Source: Thermoanaerobaculia bacterium
Lineage (GTDB): Bacteria > Acidobacteriota > Thermoanaerobaculia > Multivoradales > Multivoraceae
Assembly: GCA_963664405.1 (NCBI GenBank)
Contig: OY761158.1
Location: forward strand, 6,464,001-6,528,000
DNA: 64,000 nucleotides
Reading direction: 5' to 3'
Shown here: positions 1-10,054 of the stretch, piece by piece
How the letters are laid out: every line of letters starts with the position of its first letter
How positions within the stretch are numbered: the stretch's first letter is position 1
Translations under genes and position numbers: made by a program
The notes under the pieces: model-generated
Database searches by the model: none
What the model was told of the DNA's origin: nothing
The model's input: only the letters and a program-made list of their open reading frames with translations

Positions 1-672
1 TCGGCGGTGGTTCCCGAGGTGAGGCTGGTCTACTTCGACCCCTCCAAAGACGCTTTTGTTGCGGCGACGGCGGCGAGTGTTGCGCTCGATGTCCTGCCTG
101 GGAGTCTCCAGGAGGACCTGCGTTTAACCGAGTCTCTCGCTCCGAGTACCGGCAAAGTCGCGGTGCGAATACTCGCCGATGACATTCTTCCCATCTACCG
201 GGGTCTCGAGGTCGTGCGACCCAAGCGGCTCGCCAAGCTCGGCGGTGGGGTCACGCTCTTCCTGCCGCCGCTGATGTTCTCGCTCATCTTTTCGCTGCGT
301 CGCCGCGAAGAGCGCTTTCGTGCCGATCTCGGCTTGCGGCGTAGCCGAGGAGCCCAACGGACTGCGCTGAGGGCGATCCGCGAAGCCGAGCGAGAGGGTG
401 ACTCGGCGGCCGACTACTCGCGGATTCTGAAGGCCTATATTGGTGACAAGACGGAGGCCGAGGGCAGGGCACTGACAGCGGGTGAGTGTGCAGAGAGGCT
501 GCGGGGTCGAGGTGTCGAGGATTCGCTCGTCGCCAAGGTGGAGCGATCGCTCCTCGAAGCCGAGATCGCCGACTATGCAGGTGGAGCCGTGCCGTCGAGT
601 GGACTCGACTCAGCGAGTGCCAAGAAGCTCCTCGGCACACTCGAGCGCCAATTGCGGCGGAGCGCGCAATGA
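1..672 (+). CDS. BatD-like protein, C-terminal part (5' end outside window)
   Basis: ORF open from the window edge with a TM segment; lies directly upstream of a BatE-like TPR/SH3 gene, the usual Bat operon order. Confidence 0.6.
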   Translation, partial: SAVVPEVRLVYFDPSKDAFVAATAASVALDVLPGSLQEDLRLTESLAPSTGKVAVRILADDILPIYRGLEVVRPKRLAKLGGGVTLFLPPLMFSLIFSLRRREERFRADLGLRRSRGAQRTALRAIREAEREGDSAADYSRILKAYIGDKTEAEGRALTAGECAERLRGRGVEDSLVAKVERSLLEAEIADYAGGAVPSSGLDSASAKKLLGTLERQLRRSAQ

Positions 673-1451
673 GCGCTCTTCTGCTCGTCGCGGCCTTGGC
701 TGCCGGCCTGGCAGCGGAGATTCCTGGCGCGGATCTGGAGATTGTCAGTGCTGAGAGTCCTCTGGATCCGGGCGAGATCTTCGTCGCCGCCAACACCGCC
801 TACGGTGACGCTGACTATGATGCGGCGGTCGCCGGCTACAAGAGCTTGCTGGAGCAAGGCTGGGACCGGCCCGAGCTTCACTACAATCTCGGCAACGCCT
901 ACCTGAGGAGGGGCGAGCTAGGGGGAGCCATCTCGTCGTATCGGAGGGCCGAGTCAGGGCTGCCAAGGGACCAGGACGTCCAAGCAAATCTCGACTTTGC
1001 GAGGAAGAGCTCTCTCGATGCCTTGGCCCCGCCCGAGCCCACGCCGCTGTTGCGGACTCTTTTGTTCTGGCATTACGCGCTGAGTCGAGCCGAGCTCTGG
1101 CGCGTCGTCATCGTGCTGAATCTCGCTCTATGGCTGATTCTTAGTTTGCGACTCTTTCGGCGGAGCTCGGAGTTGCTCCGCTGGGCTTCTGTTCTTCTAG
1201 CCCTGGGCCTCGTTGCATCTGCGTCCTCGCTTGCCGTGCGCACCTTCTCCCCCCGCAGGGTTGCCGTGGTCTTGCCGCAAGAAGTCGAGGTCTACTCCGG
1301 TATGAGGGTTGATGGCGTGGTACGTTTTAAGCTCCACAGTGGCAGCGAGGTGCGAGTCGAGGAGAGCGCCGAGAATTGGTTCCGGGTGGGCCTGCCGGAC
1401 GGGCAGCAAGGTTGGATCGAGGCCGAGTTCGTAGAAGTAGTCGAGTTATGA
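669..1451 (+). CDS. BatE-like TPR + SH3 domain membrane protein
   Basis: Signal peptide, TPR (LHYNLGNAY), two TM helices, C-terminal SH3b-like GWI motif; ATG overlaps the upstream stop (ATGA). Confidence 0.75.
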   Translation: MSALLLVAALAAGLAAEIPGADLEIVSAESPLDPGEIFVAANTAYGDADYDAAVAGYKSLLEQGWDRPELHYNLGNAYLRRGELGGAISSYRRAESGLPRDQDVQANLDFARKSSLDALAPPEPTPLLRTLLFWHYALSRAELWRVVIVLNLALWLILSLRLFRRSSELLRWASVLLALGLVASASSLAVRTFSPRRVAVVLPQEVEVYSGMRVDGVVRFKLHSGSEVRVEESAENWFRVGLPDGQQGWIEAEFVEVVEL

Positions 1452-2734
1452 CGATCTCCACCGCGCCCCGGAGAGTGCCTTTTTCGCGCCGCGCCGCGGA
1501 CCTCGAAAGTGCTCCGATAAGCTGGCTTATGGCGCAAGCCTTGGAAGTGCCGGGTCTGCTCTCCCTTGCCGCAGGTTTCGTCGATCAAGAGACACTACCG
1601 GCCGCGGAGATGGTGGAGATCGCCGCCGCCGTACTCGGCGACGAGAAGAGCGGTCGCGACGCGCTGCAGTACGGAACGACGGCCGGCGATCCCGAGCTGC
1701 GCCGAGTATTGCTCGATCGATTGGCGTCTGATCGATCGCCGATCTGGAGTCAGGTCGGTATCGAAGACGTCGTCTTGACCAGCGGCTCTCAGCAGCTTCT
1801 TTACTTATTGGCCGAAGTGCTGCTCGAGGACGGCGACATCGTGCTGGTGGAGGACCCTTCGTACTTCGTGTTCATGGCGGCGCTCGAGAGCCTTTCGACC
1901 CGGCTGGTCGGAGTCGAGTGCGACGCCGATGGAGTGCGTCCTGAGGCACTCGACCGCTGCCTCGAAGAGCTGCATCGCCGGGGTGACCTCGGGCGGGTCA
2001 AATTGGTCTACCTCATGACCTACTTCCAGAACCCGACCGGCGCCAGTTTGAGTGCCGAGCGGGGCCCTCGAGTGCTCCAGGTGATGCGAGACTGGCAGGA
2101 GCGGGGCCTCGAAGCACTGGTGCTCGAAGATGCCGCCTACCGAGACTTGTGCTTCCCGGGCGAAGCCGAGGTGCCGCCACTTTTCGAGGGGCAGGATGCG
2201 AACGAGACCGTCTGCTATGCGGGGTCGTTTTCGAAGTCGCTCGCTCCGGGGTTGCGTCTGGGCTATGGAATTGTGCCTACGGAGCTAGCCGAAACGCTGG
2301 TGAGGCTGAAGAGTCACCATGACTTCGGTACCGGAAACTTGAGTCAGCAGCTGGTGCTGAAGGCGTTGCAGACGGGCATGATCGACAGCCATGTCGAGAA
2401 GATGCGTCGTCGTTATCTGGGCAAATGCGAGCTCCTATTCGAGGTGTTGAGAGCGGAGCTCGGTGATGCGATCGAGCTCGAGATGCCACGAGGAGGCCTC
2501 TACCTGTGGGGGCGCCTTCCAGAGGGGCTGGACACAGGTCTCCAGAGCCGTGTTTTCGCGCGCGCGCTCGAAGAGAAGGTGCTCTATGTGCCCGGCGAGA
2601 TCTGCTGCGTGAACGAAGCCTCGCCTGACGACCCGACTTGTCGCTCCATGCGACTCTGCTACGGCTATCCCCCAGACGAGGAGCTGGCGGAGGCCGGCCG
2701 CCGGCTTGCTCGCGCGATCGCCTCCGTCGTCTGA
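1448..2734 (+). CDS. PLP-dependent aminotransferase class I/II (2-aminoadipate transaminase-like)
   Basis: FQNPTG, EDAAY and GSFSKSLAPGLRLG motifs. Confidence 0.9.
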   Translation: MTISTAPRRVPFSRRAADLESAPISWLMAQALEVPGLLSLAAGFVDQETLPAAEMVEIAAAVLGDEKSGRDALQYGTTAGDPELRRVLLDRLASDRSPIWSQVGIEDVVLTSGSQQLLYLLAEVLLEDGDIVLVEDPSYFVFMAALESLSTRLVGVECDADGVRPEALDRCLEELHRRGDLGRVKLVYLMTYFQNPTGASLSAERGPRVLQVMRDWQERGLEALVLEDAAYRDLCFPGEAEVPPLFEGQDANETVCYAGSFSKSLAPGLRLGYGIVPTELAETLVRLKSHHDFGTGNLSQQLVLKALQTGMIDSHVEKMRRRYLGKCELLFEVLRAELGDAIELEMPRGGLYLWGRLPEGLDTGLQSRVFARALEEKVLYVPGEICCVNEASPDDPTCRSMRLCYGYPPDEELAEAGRRLARAIASVV

Positions 2735-2814
2735 TAACTTCCGCCTCGGCGTGGATAGAGCCGGCGCCTTAGACGCCTGGCAAGCAGGCATTGCCACGCG
2801 ATGAGGAGAGGATC

Positions 2815-3687
2815 ATGAAAGAGAAGGTTGCGTTCGTAGGGCTGGGGGTCATGGGATACCCGATGGCGGGGCACCTGATGGGCGCCGGCTATGAAGTAAC
2901 GGTGTTCAATCGAACCGGCTCGAGGGCGGAAGCGTGGGTCGCGGACCACGGTGGAAATTCCGCTCCCACACCGGCCGAAGCGAGCGAAGGTGCCCAGATC
3001 GTCTTTGTCTGCGTGGGAAATGATGACGATGTGCGGCAGGTGACCCTCGGCGAAGGGGGCGCTCTCTCGGCGATTGCGAGCGGCTCCCTTTTGGTCGACC
3101 ACACGACGGCTTCTGCGGCGATTGCGCGGGAGCTCCACGCAGCGGCCAAGAGTCGAGGCTGTGGCTTTCTCGATGCACCGATCTCCGGCGGCCAGGCGGG
3201 CGCCGAGAACGGTGTGTTGACCGTCATGGTGGGCGGGGATCAGGCTGACTTCGACCGCGCGGCCGCGGCCATCGACTGCTATGCGAAGAGAGTTGCGCTG
3301 CTCGGTGGCCCTGGCTCCGGGCAGCTGACCAAGATGGTCAATCAGATTTGTATCGCAGGGTTGGTCGAAGGCCTGGCCGAGGGGCTGCACTTCGCCCAGG
3401 CGGCCGGGCTCGATCCCCTGGCAGTCGTCGACACCATCTCCAAAGGTGCGGCCCAGTCCTGGCAGATGGAGAACCGCCACAAGACCATGGTGGAGGACCA
3501 CTATGAGCACGGATTCGCAGTGGAGTGGATGCGGAAGGATCTGGGGATGGCGCTCGAGGAGGCGAGGCGCAACAAAGTTTCTCTTCCGGTAACCGCCCTG
3601 GTCGATCAGCTGTACTCCGAGGTGGAGAGTCTGGGCGGCCGGCGTTGGGACACCTCTAGCTTGCTTCGTCGTTTGCAGAAGGGCTGA
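2815..3687 (+). CDS. NAD(P)-dependent beta-hydroxyacid dehydrogenase (3-hydroxyisobutyrate DH family)
   Basis: FVGLGVMGYPMA Rossmann motif, DAPISGG, KMVNQ. Confidence 0.9.
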   Translation: MKEKVAFVGLGVMGYPMAGHLMGAGYEVTVFNRTGSRAEAWVADHGGNSAPTPAEASEGAQIVFVCVGNDDDVRQVTLGEGGALSAIASGSLLVDHTTASAAIARELHAAAKSRGCGFLDAPISGGQAGAENGVLTVMVGGDQADFDRAAAAIDCYAKRVALLGGPGSGQLTKMVNQICIAGLVEGLAEGLHFAQAAGLDPLAVVDTISKGAAQSWQMENRHKTMVEDHYEHGFAVEWMRKDLGMALEEARRNKVSLPVTALVDQLYSEVESLGGRRWDTSSLLRRLQKG

Positions 3688-3705
3688 GGTCCGAGGAAGG
3701 TCGCG

Positions 3706-4971
3706 GTGCGGGTCTATTTCAGCAACCTCGGTTGCAAGCTGAATCAGGCGGAGGTGGACGCCCTGGCTCGGCGCTTTTCTGCGCGTGGGCATGATGTGGT
3801 GGGACGTCTGGAAGAGGCCGATCTCCATGTCGTCAACTCCTGTACGGTGACCCATCTCGCAGCGCGGGACTCCCGGAAGGTGGCGCGGCGGGGAGCGCGG
3901 GTGCGGCCAGGGTTGAGAACGGTACTGACGGGCTGTTTCGCAACCCACGAGTCGGCGGTCGCGCAGGCTCTCGAGGGCGTCGACCTAGTGGTGCCGAACA
4001 CCGATAAGGATCGACTAGTGGAGCTGGTTCGAGAAGCCTTTCCGGAGTGGCGAGATGGAGTCGAAGAGGCGAGTGGGGTTCCAGTCTCCTACGTGCCGCT
4101 CGCCTTCGGCCCAACCCGAGGGCTGGTGAAGATCGAAGACGGCTGCAATATGCACTGCGCGTTCTGCATCATCCCCACCACGCGTGGCCGCCAGCGCAGC
4201 CGACCTCGCAGCGAGGTGGTCGAGGAAGTCCGGGCGATGGAGGCTACCGGCTATCGAGAGATCGTTGTTACCGGAGTGCAGATCTCGTCCTATCGAGACG
4301 GTAGCGCGGGGCTCTGCGAGTTGGTCGAGAGTCTTCTCGAGGCCACTTCGAGCTGCCGTTTTCGCCTCACGTCGATTGCACCTTGGCAGTTCGATCCGGC
4401 GCTGCTCCCCCTACTTTCGGAGCCGCGAATCTGTCGCCATGTTCATCTTTCGCTGCAGAGCGGTAGTGACACGGTTCTGCGACGAATGCATCGCCCGTAC
4501 ACAGCCGAAGGCTTTGCAGATCTCGTCGGCCGTTTGCGCGAAGCGGTCCCCGGCGTTGCGGTGACGTCGGACGTCATCGTGGGCTTTCCGGGCGAGAGCG
4601 AAGACGAGTTCGAGGACAGCCTGGAGTTCGTCGATGGGCTTGGGCTGGCGCGTACCCATGCCTTCACCTTTTCGACGCGGCCCGGGACCGAGGCAGCTGA
4701 GCTGCCCGATCAGGTTCCGGTGCCCGAAAAGAAGGCTCGGATGGCGCGCCTTCTCGGAGTCGCCGCCGCGGGCGAGTCCCACTTTCGCAACCGCAACCTG
4801 GGCGGCGAAGTCTCTGTTCTGTGGGAGGACCAACGCGAAGGCCGATGGTCGGGGATGACCGACAACTATCTGCGGGTCTTTGCCGACAGCGAGGAAGACC
4901 TCGGCGGCACGCTTGCTCCGGCGACCCTGGTGGCTACGACTGCCGGCGGAGTTCTCGGGTCGCTCACATAG
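3706..4971 (+). CDS. mtaB: tRNA methylthiotransferase MtaB-like (radical SAM)
   Basis: LGCKLN, NSCTVT, GCNMHCAFC CxxxCxxC motif, C-terminal TRAM-like region. Confidence 0.85.
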   Translation: MRVYFSNLGCKLNQAEVDALARRFSARGHDVVGRLEEADLHVVNSCTVTHLAARDSRKVARRGARVRPGLRTVLTGCFATHESAVAQALEGVDLVVPNTDKDRLVELVREAFPEWRDGVEEASGVPVSYVPLAFGPTRGLVKIEDGCNMHCAFCIIPTTRGRQRSRPRSEVVEEVRAMEATGYREIVVTGVQISSYRDGSAGLCELVESLLEATSSCRFRLTSIAPWQFDPALLPLLSEPRICRHVHLSLQSGSDTVLRRMHRPYTAEGFADLVGRLREAVPGVAVTSDVIVGFPGESEDEFEDSLEFVDGLGLARTHAFTFSTRPGTEAAELPDQVPVPEKKARMARLLGVAAAGESHFRNRNLGGEVSVLWEDQREGRWSGMTDNYLRVFADSEEDLGGTLAPATLVATTAGGVLGSLT

Positions 4972-5773
4972 CCGTTGTCGAGAAGCCGGCGTCGACGTAG
5001 TGGATCTCCCCCGTAACGCCGCTGGAGAGATCTGAGAGCAGATATACCGCGGCTCTGCCAACGTCGTCGATATCGACGTTGCGCCGCAGCGGAGCCCGCT
5101 CGGCCGCCTGAGCCATCATCCCGCGAAGACCCGAGACTCCGGAGGCGGCGAGGGTCTTTATCGCTCCAGCAGAGATCGCGTTGACGCGGATCTCCTGCTC
5201 GCCGAGGTCGAGGGCGAGGTAGCGCACAGAGGCTTCGAGAGCCGCTTTGGCAATTCCCATCACGTTGTAGTTGGGAAGAGACTTGACAGAGCCGTAGTAG
5301 GTGAGCGCGAGGACGCTGCCGCCGTCACTCATCAATTTCTCCGCGCGGCGAGTGAGGGCGAGAAGAGAGTAGGCGCTGATCTCCATCGACTTGAGGAAGC
5401 CCTCTCGGGAAGTATCCACCGTGCGTCCGGCCAGGTCGTCGCGCTCGGCCCAGGCGACAGAATGGACGAGGAAGTCGAGCTTTCCCCAGGACGAGTGCAG
5501 CGCCGCAAAGGTGTCGTCGAGCTCTTGCGGGCGTGTGACGTCGAGGGGCACAACGAGCTCGGAGCCGATTTCAGCGGCCAGAGGGCGGACCCGGCGCTCC
5601 AAAGCCTCGCCCTGGAAGGTGAAGGCGAGCTCCGCCCCCTGGAGATGGGCCTGGCGGGCGATGCCCCAAGCGATGGAGCGGTGATTGGCCACCCCAACTA
5701 TCAGTCCCTTCTTTCCCGCCAAGAGGCCGGTTGCGGCTCCCTGAGCCTCCGTTGAAGCTTCGCTCGAGGTCAT
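4964..5773 (-). CDS. fabI: enoyl-ACP reductase
   Basis: GVANHRSIAWGIA, YNVMGIAKAALE, VNAISAG motifs. Confidence 0.95.
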   Translation of the reverse strand: MTSSEASTEAQGAATGLLAGKKGLIVGVANHRSIAWGIARQAHLQGAELAFTFQGEALERRVRPLAAEIGSELVVPLDVTRPQELDDTFAALHSSWGKLDFLVHSVAWAERDDLAGRTVDTSREGFLKSMEISAYSLLALTRRAEKLMSDGGSVLALTYYGSVKSLPNYNVMGIAKAALEASVRYLALDLGEQEIRVNAISAGAIKTLAASGVSGLRGMMAQAAERAPLRRNVDIDDVGRAAVYLLSDLSSGVTGEIHYVDAGFSTTAM

Positions 5774-5792
5774 CGTACCTACTTTCCGAGAG

Positions 5793-7556
5793 TTAGAGCC
5801 CAGTAGCCCGAACCACTTCTTCGAAGGTCGTGGTGCCGTCTGCGAGGCGTTGCAAGGCGGACTGGCGCAGAGTTCGCATCCCGTTCTTGACCACTTCACG
5901 CTTGATGCGTCTAGCGTCGGTGCCTTCTTGGATCAGGTGCTTGACGGCATCGTCGACCGCCATGATCTCGAAGATGCCGACCCGGCCGAGATACCCCGTT
6001 CCACGGCAGTCGTGGCAGCCTTCGCCTTCGAAGACCTGCACTTTCTTGCCAGGAGGGACTGCCAGATGAAGGGACTGCACTTCCTCGGGAGACAAGAAGC
6101 GCTCGGTCTTGCAGCGCTCGCAAATCTTTCTTGCCAGTCTCTGTGCCATGGCCCCGATCAAGGTGGAGCTGATCAAAAAGGGCTCGACGCCGAGATCAAT
6201 TAGCCGAGAGATCGAGGATGCGGCGTCGTTGGTGTGAAGAGTCGAGAAGACGAGATGGCCGGTGAGAGCGGCTTGAGTCGCATACTGGGCGGTCTCGGCG
6301 TCACGAATCTCACCAATCATGATCACGTCGGGGTCCTGGCGAAGAACGTGACGAAGAGCCTCGGCAAAGCTCACTCCGACTTTGGTTTGAACCGAGGTCT
6401 GATTGAAGTCCTCGCAGACCATTTCCACCGGGTCCTCGATCGTGGTGACGTTGATCTCGCGGGTGGTGATGGTTCGCAGCGCGGAGTAAAGCGTTGTCGT
6501 CTTCCCCGAGCCAGTAGGGCCTGTGATCAGAATGATGCCGTGGGGGCGCCTGATGAAGTCGTTGAAGACGGCCATCTCTTCCGGATAGAAGCCCAGCGCC
6601 GGCAACTCCATCTGAAAAGTGTCGGGGTCGAAGATTCTCATTACCAGCTTTTCGCCAAAGGCGACCGGGAGGGTCGAGACTCTCAGCTCGATTTCTTGTT
6701 CGCGGCGCTGAGTCTTCACTCGCCCGTCTTGAGGTCGACGCTTCTCCGCGATGTCGAGGCGCGAAAGGGTTTTGATCCGGCTGACGATGGCGCGGTGGAC
6801 GAGACGGGGAATGGTTTGGACGTCGTGGAGGACGCCGTCGATCCTGAAGCGCACGAGCGAGACTTCGCGTTTGGGCTCGACATGAATGTCACTGGCCCTG
6901 GTGTCGAAGGCGTGCTGGAGCATGAATTCGACGGCGTTGATGATGTGCGCGTCACTCGACTCGATCTCCGCCTCGCTCTTCATGCGCACGAGCTGCTCGA
7001 GATTACCGAGGTCGATCTCTCCGGTAAGATCTGCCGCTGCCTGCTTGACGGAGTGGCGTAGACCGTAGAACTCGGTGAGAGCGCGGAGGATGTCGGGCTC
7101 CGAGGCCACCACGATGTCGATGTCTCGACCCGAGATGCGCCGAAAATTGTCCAGGCCTTCGATGTCGTAGGGGTTGGCGCACGCGAGCTTCAGCTTGCCG
7201 TCGATCATGCTCAGCGGCACCATGCGATGGCGGCGAGCGAAGGGGCGTGAGACTTCCGACTCCATGAGGTCGGCACTGAGGGCCAGGGGGTCGAGATGGA
7301 CATGCTCCAGGCCGGCGTCTCTGGCGAGAGTTTCGGCTACGAGGTTCTCGTCGACAGTAGCGCCCGGGTGCTTCTCGCTGCTGAGGTTGAGCCGTGAGAC
7401 CAGCTCGTAGGCGGGCGAGTGCTGCTCATAAGCCCTCGCTTGAACCCCGGAAGGGAGAAGGCGGGCTTCCTCGCGAAGGAGGCTGGCTTGAGCGCCTGTG
7501 ATCTCTCCCTGGCGCTCGAGCACAGAAGCCACGAGATCTGGAGTCAAGCTGGGCAT
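5793..7556 (-). CDS. GspE/PilB family secretion/pilus assembly ATPase
   Basis: ASDIHVEP, GPTGSGKTTTLY, LRQDPDVIMIGEIRD, tetra-Cys motif. Confidence 0.92.
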   Translation of the reverse strand: MPSLTPDLVASVLERQGEITGAQASLLREEARLLPSGVQARAYEQHSPAYELVSRLNLSSEKHPGATVDENLVAETLARDAGLEHVHLDPLALSADLMESEVSRPFARRHRMVPLSMIDGKLKLACANPYDIEGLDNFRRISGRDIDIVVASEPDILRALTEFYGLRHSVKQAAADLTGEIDLGNLEQLVRMKSEAEIESSDAHIINAVEFMLQHAFDTRASDIHVEPKREVSLVRFRIDGVLHDVQTIPRLVHRAIVSRIKTLSRLDIAEKRRPQDGRVKTQRREQEIELRVSTLPVAFGEKLVMRIFDPDTFQMELPALGFYPEEMAVFNDFIRRPHGIILITGPTGSGKTTTLYSALRTITTREINVTTIEDPVEMVCEDFNQTSVQTKVGVSFAEALRHVLRQDPDVIMIGEIRDAETAQYATQAALTGHLVFSTLHTNDAASSISRLIDLGVEPFLISSTLIGAMAQRLARKICERCKTERFLSPEEVQSLHLAVPPGKKVQVFEGEGCHDCRGTGYLGRVGIFEIMAVDDAVKHLIQEGTDARRIKREVVKNGMRTLRQSALQRLADGTTTFEEVVRATGL

Positions 7557-7737
7557 GGTTCTGGGCGCATAACGCTATGCATTCGTGGGCCGAAACAGCA
7601 TTTTAGCTTATATCGATCAGTTCATTCAGCTCGATAGCCCGGCATTGGGACGAAGAGGGGGAGTGTTATCATGAAGATCGACCGCCGCCGCCGGGCTTTA
7701 GGCGCCTTCCCCAAGTTCGATCCCATAGGGAAAAGAC

Positions 7738-8883
7738 ATGTTGCATTCGGTTCGAGCCGGCTACTGCCATTCCCTGATCGCTATTCTCGCGCTCCTCGGC
7801 GCCGCCGTCGTCGTGGCTGAGGCGCCAGAGCGTCAGATGAGCGAGCTGGTGCTGCCGGAGGGGTTTTCGATCAGCGTCTATGCCGAGGGTGTCGACAACG
7901 CTCGTTCGATGGCCCAAGGCCCAGAGGGGGTCGTGTTCGTCGGCACTGACGCTATGACGTCAAGCGCGAGGCGCGCCGGCAAGGTCTATGCGGTCGTCGA
8001 CAGTGACGGTGACGCCAAGGTAGATCAGGTCCTTACCGTCGCCGAGGGTCTGAGGATGCCCAGCGGTGTGGCGTGGCGGGAGGGCTCTCTCTATGTTGCC
8101 GCGATCAGCCGTATTCTTCGCTACGACGATCTCGCATCGCGGCTCGAGAACCCCCCGGAGCCAGTGGTGCTGAGTGCCACCTTTCCGAGCGCTGGACATC
8201 ACGGTTGGAAGTTCATTCGATTCGGTCCCGACGGCAAGCTCTACGTGCCGGTCGGCGCGCCCTGCAACATCTGCGAGGTCGAGGATCCTTACGCCGCGAT
8301 TCTCCGTCTCGAGCCGGATGGGACGGGTCTGGAGGTGTTTGCTCGCGGGATCCGCAACACGGTGGGCTTCGATTGGCATCCCGAGACGGGAGCGCTGTGG
8401 TTTACTGAGAATGGGCGAGACATGATGGGCGATGACGTTCCGCCCGACGAGCTCAACCGCGCGGCCGAGTCTGGTATGCACTTCGGCTATCCCTTTTGTC
8501 ATGGCGACGGTGTTCCCGATCCCAAGTTCGGCAGTGAGGAAGGGTGTCGCGAACAGACGCCACCGGCTCTAAAACTAGACCCGCATGTCGGCGCGGTCGG
8601 GATGCGATTCCTCAGCGGCGATCGGTGGCCGGAGGAATACCGTGGCCAGATCATCCTTGCGGAGCATGGCTCCTGGAATCGCTCTGAGAAGAGCGGGTAC
8701 CGGTTGATGCATGTGCGCGTGGAAGGTACGGAAGCCACGAGTTACGAGGCCTTCGTTGAAGGTTGGCTGCAAGGTGGAAAGGCCTGGGGCCGGCCTGTGG
8801 ACGTGCTAGAGCTCGAGGATGGCTCCCTGCTTGTCTCGGACGACATGCAGGGAGTGCTGTACAGAATTCGCTACGAGGGATGA
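7738..8883 (+). CDS. PQQ-dependent sugar/sorbosone dehydrogenase family protein
   Basis: Signal peptide, VGAPCN, GIRNTVG, HGSWNRS, GRPVDV motifs. Confidence 0.88.
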   Translation: MLHSVRAGYCHSLIAILALLGAAVVVAEAPERQMSELVLPEGFSISVYAEGVDNARSMAQGPEGVVFVGTDAMTSSARRAGKVYAVVDSDGDAKVDQVLTVAEGLRMPSGVAWREGSLYVAAISRILRYDDLASRLENPPEPVVLSATFPSAGHHGWKFIRFGPDGKLYVPVGAPCNICEVEDPYAAILRLEPDGTGLEVFARGIRNTVGFDWHPETGALWFTENGRDMMGDDVPPDELNRAAESGMHFGYPFCHGDGVPDPKFGSEEGCREQTPPALKLDPHVGAVGMRFLSGDRWPEEYRGQIILAEHGSWNRSEKSGYRLMHVRVEGTEATSYEAFVEGWLQGGKAWGRPVDVLELEDGSLLVSDDMQGVLYRIRYEG

Positions 8884-8899
8884 CGGAGATGGGCTGCCG

Positions 8900-10054
8900 A
8901 TGAGCTCGCGAGCTTCTCATCTGAGTCGGGTACGGCGCCTGGTCGTCAAGGTCGGTTCTCGTGTCATCGCTCCTGGCGGTGTTCTCGATGACCAGGCTCT
9001 GGACGGTTTATGTGATCAGTTACTCGCCGTACGCAGGCGCGGGATCGATGTAGTTCTGGTGAGCTCGGGCGCGGTGGCGGCGGGTCGAGAGCAGCTCGGG
9101 CTAAAGGAGCGACCCCGCACCATTCCTCTCAAGCAAGCGGCCGCGGCCGCTGGTCAGATCGCCCTGCTGCGCTCTTACGCCGGGCGCCTCGTGCCGGCGG
9201 GGCAGCAGGTGGCGCAGCTTCTGCTCACGGCGGACGACGTTTCGGATCGACGTCGGTTCACTAATGCGCGCAATACCGTATCGACCCTTCTCGGAATGGG
9301 TGTGGTGCCGATCGTGAACGAGAACGATACGGTGGCGGTGGAAGAGATCAAGCTCGGCGACAACGATCGCCTGTCGGCGTTGGTGACCAACTTGGTCGAA
9401 GCGCAGCTGCTGGTCTTGCTGACGGATGTCGACGGTTTCTATAACGCGGACCCTCGCAGGGTTCCGGGGGCGAAGCGTTACGGATTCATCGCCGAACTGA
9501 CTCGCGAGCATGTGCAAGAGGCTGGGCCGACGACGAGCGAAGTCGGTCTTGGTGGCATGGTGACCAAGCTCGAGGCGGCACGGCAGGCGACACTGTCGGG
9601 CTCTTCTACGGTAATTGCCTCGGGCGGGGAAGAGCGGGTGCTCGAGCGCATTCTCGACGGTGAGGAGATCGGCACCTGGATCGCGTCGCGTCGTGCCATT
9701 GGCGCTCGCAAGCATTGGATCGCATACTCGAGCGAGCTTGCAGGGGCGGTCGTGGTCGACGATGGGGCTCTAGGGGCCCTTCGAGATCGCGGCAAGAGTC
9801 TGTTGCCGTCGGGCATCGTCGACGTTCGTGGCGAGTTCGACCGTGGAGCGACGATACGGGTCCTCGCCCTGGACGGTAGCGAGATCGGTCGTGGGCAGGC
9901 GGCTTATTCCGCGGCGGACCTTCAGCGCCTCGCGGGGTGTCAAAGCTCCGAGATCGAGGCAGTGCTCGGTTATAAGTACTTCGACGAGGCGGTGCGGCGG
10001 GACGACTTCGTGCTCACCACTGATCACAATCTGATGGAGGTTGGGGAGCGATGA
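8900..10054 (+). CDS. proB: glutamate 5-kinase
   Basis: VVKVGS, SSGAVAAG, NENDTV, GDNDRL, C-terminal PUA domain. Confidence 0.95.
   Translation: MSSRASHLSRVRRLVVKVGSRVIAPGGVLDDQALDGLCDQLLAVRRRGIDVVLVSSGAVAAGREQLGLKERPRTIPLKQAAAAAGQIALLRSYAGRLVPAGQQVAQLLLTADDVSDRRRFTNARNTVSTLLGMGVVPIVNENDTVAVEEIKLGDNDRLSALVTNLVEAQLLVLLTDVDGFYNADPRRVPGAKRYGFIAELTREHVQEAGPTTSEVGLGGMVTKLEAARQATLSGSSTVIASGGEERVLERILDGEEIGTWIASRRAIGARKHWIAYSSELAGAVVVDDGALGALRDRGKSLLPSGIVDVRGEFDRGATIRVLALDGSEIGRGQAAYSAADLQRLAGCQSSEIEAVLGYKYFDEAVRRDDFVLTTDHNLMEVGER

Noticed and set aside
2665-3948. Long antisense ORFs (also 35111-36289, 47851-49053, 56506-57675, 61288-62403)
   Set aside because: Shadows of well-supported genes in high-GC DNA with no recognisable motifs.
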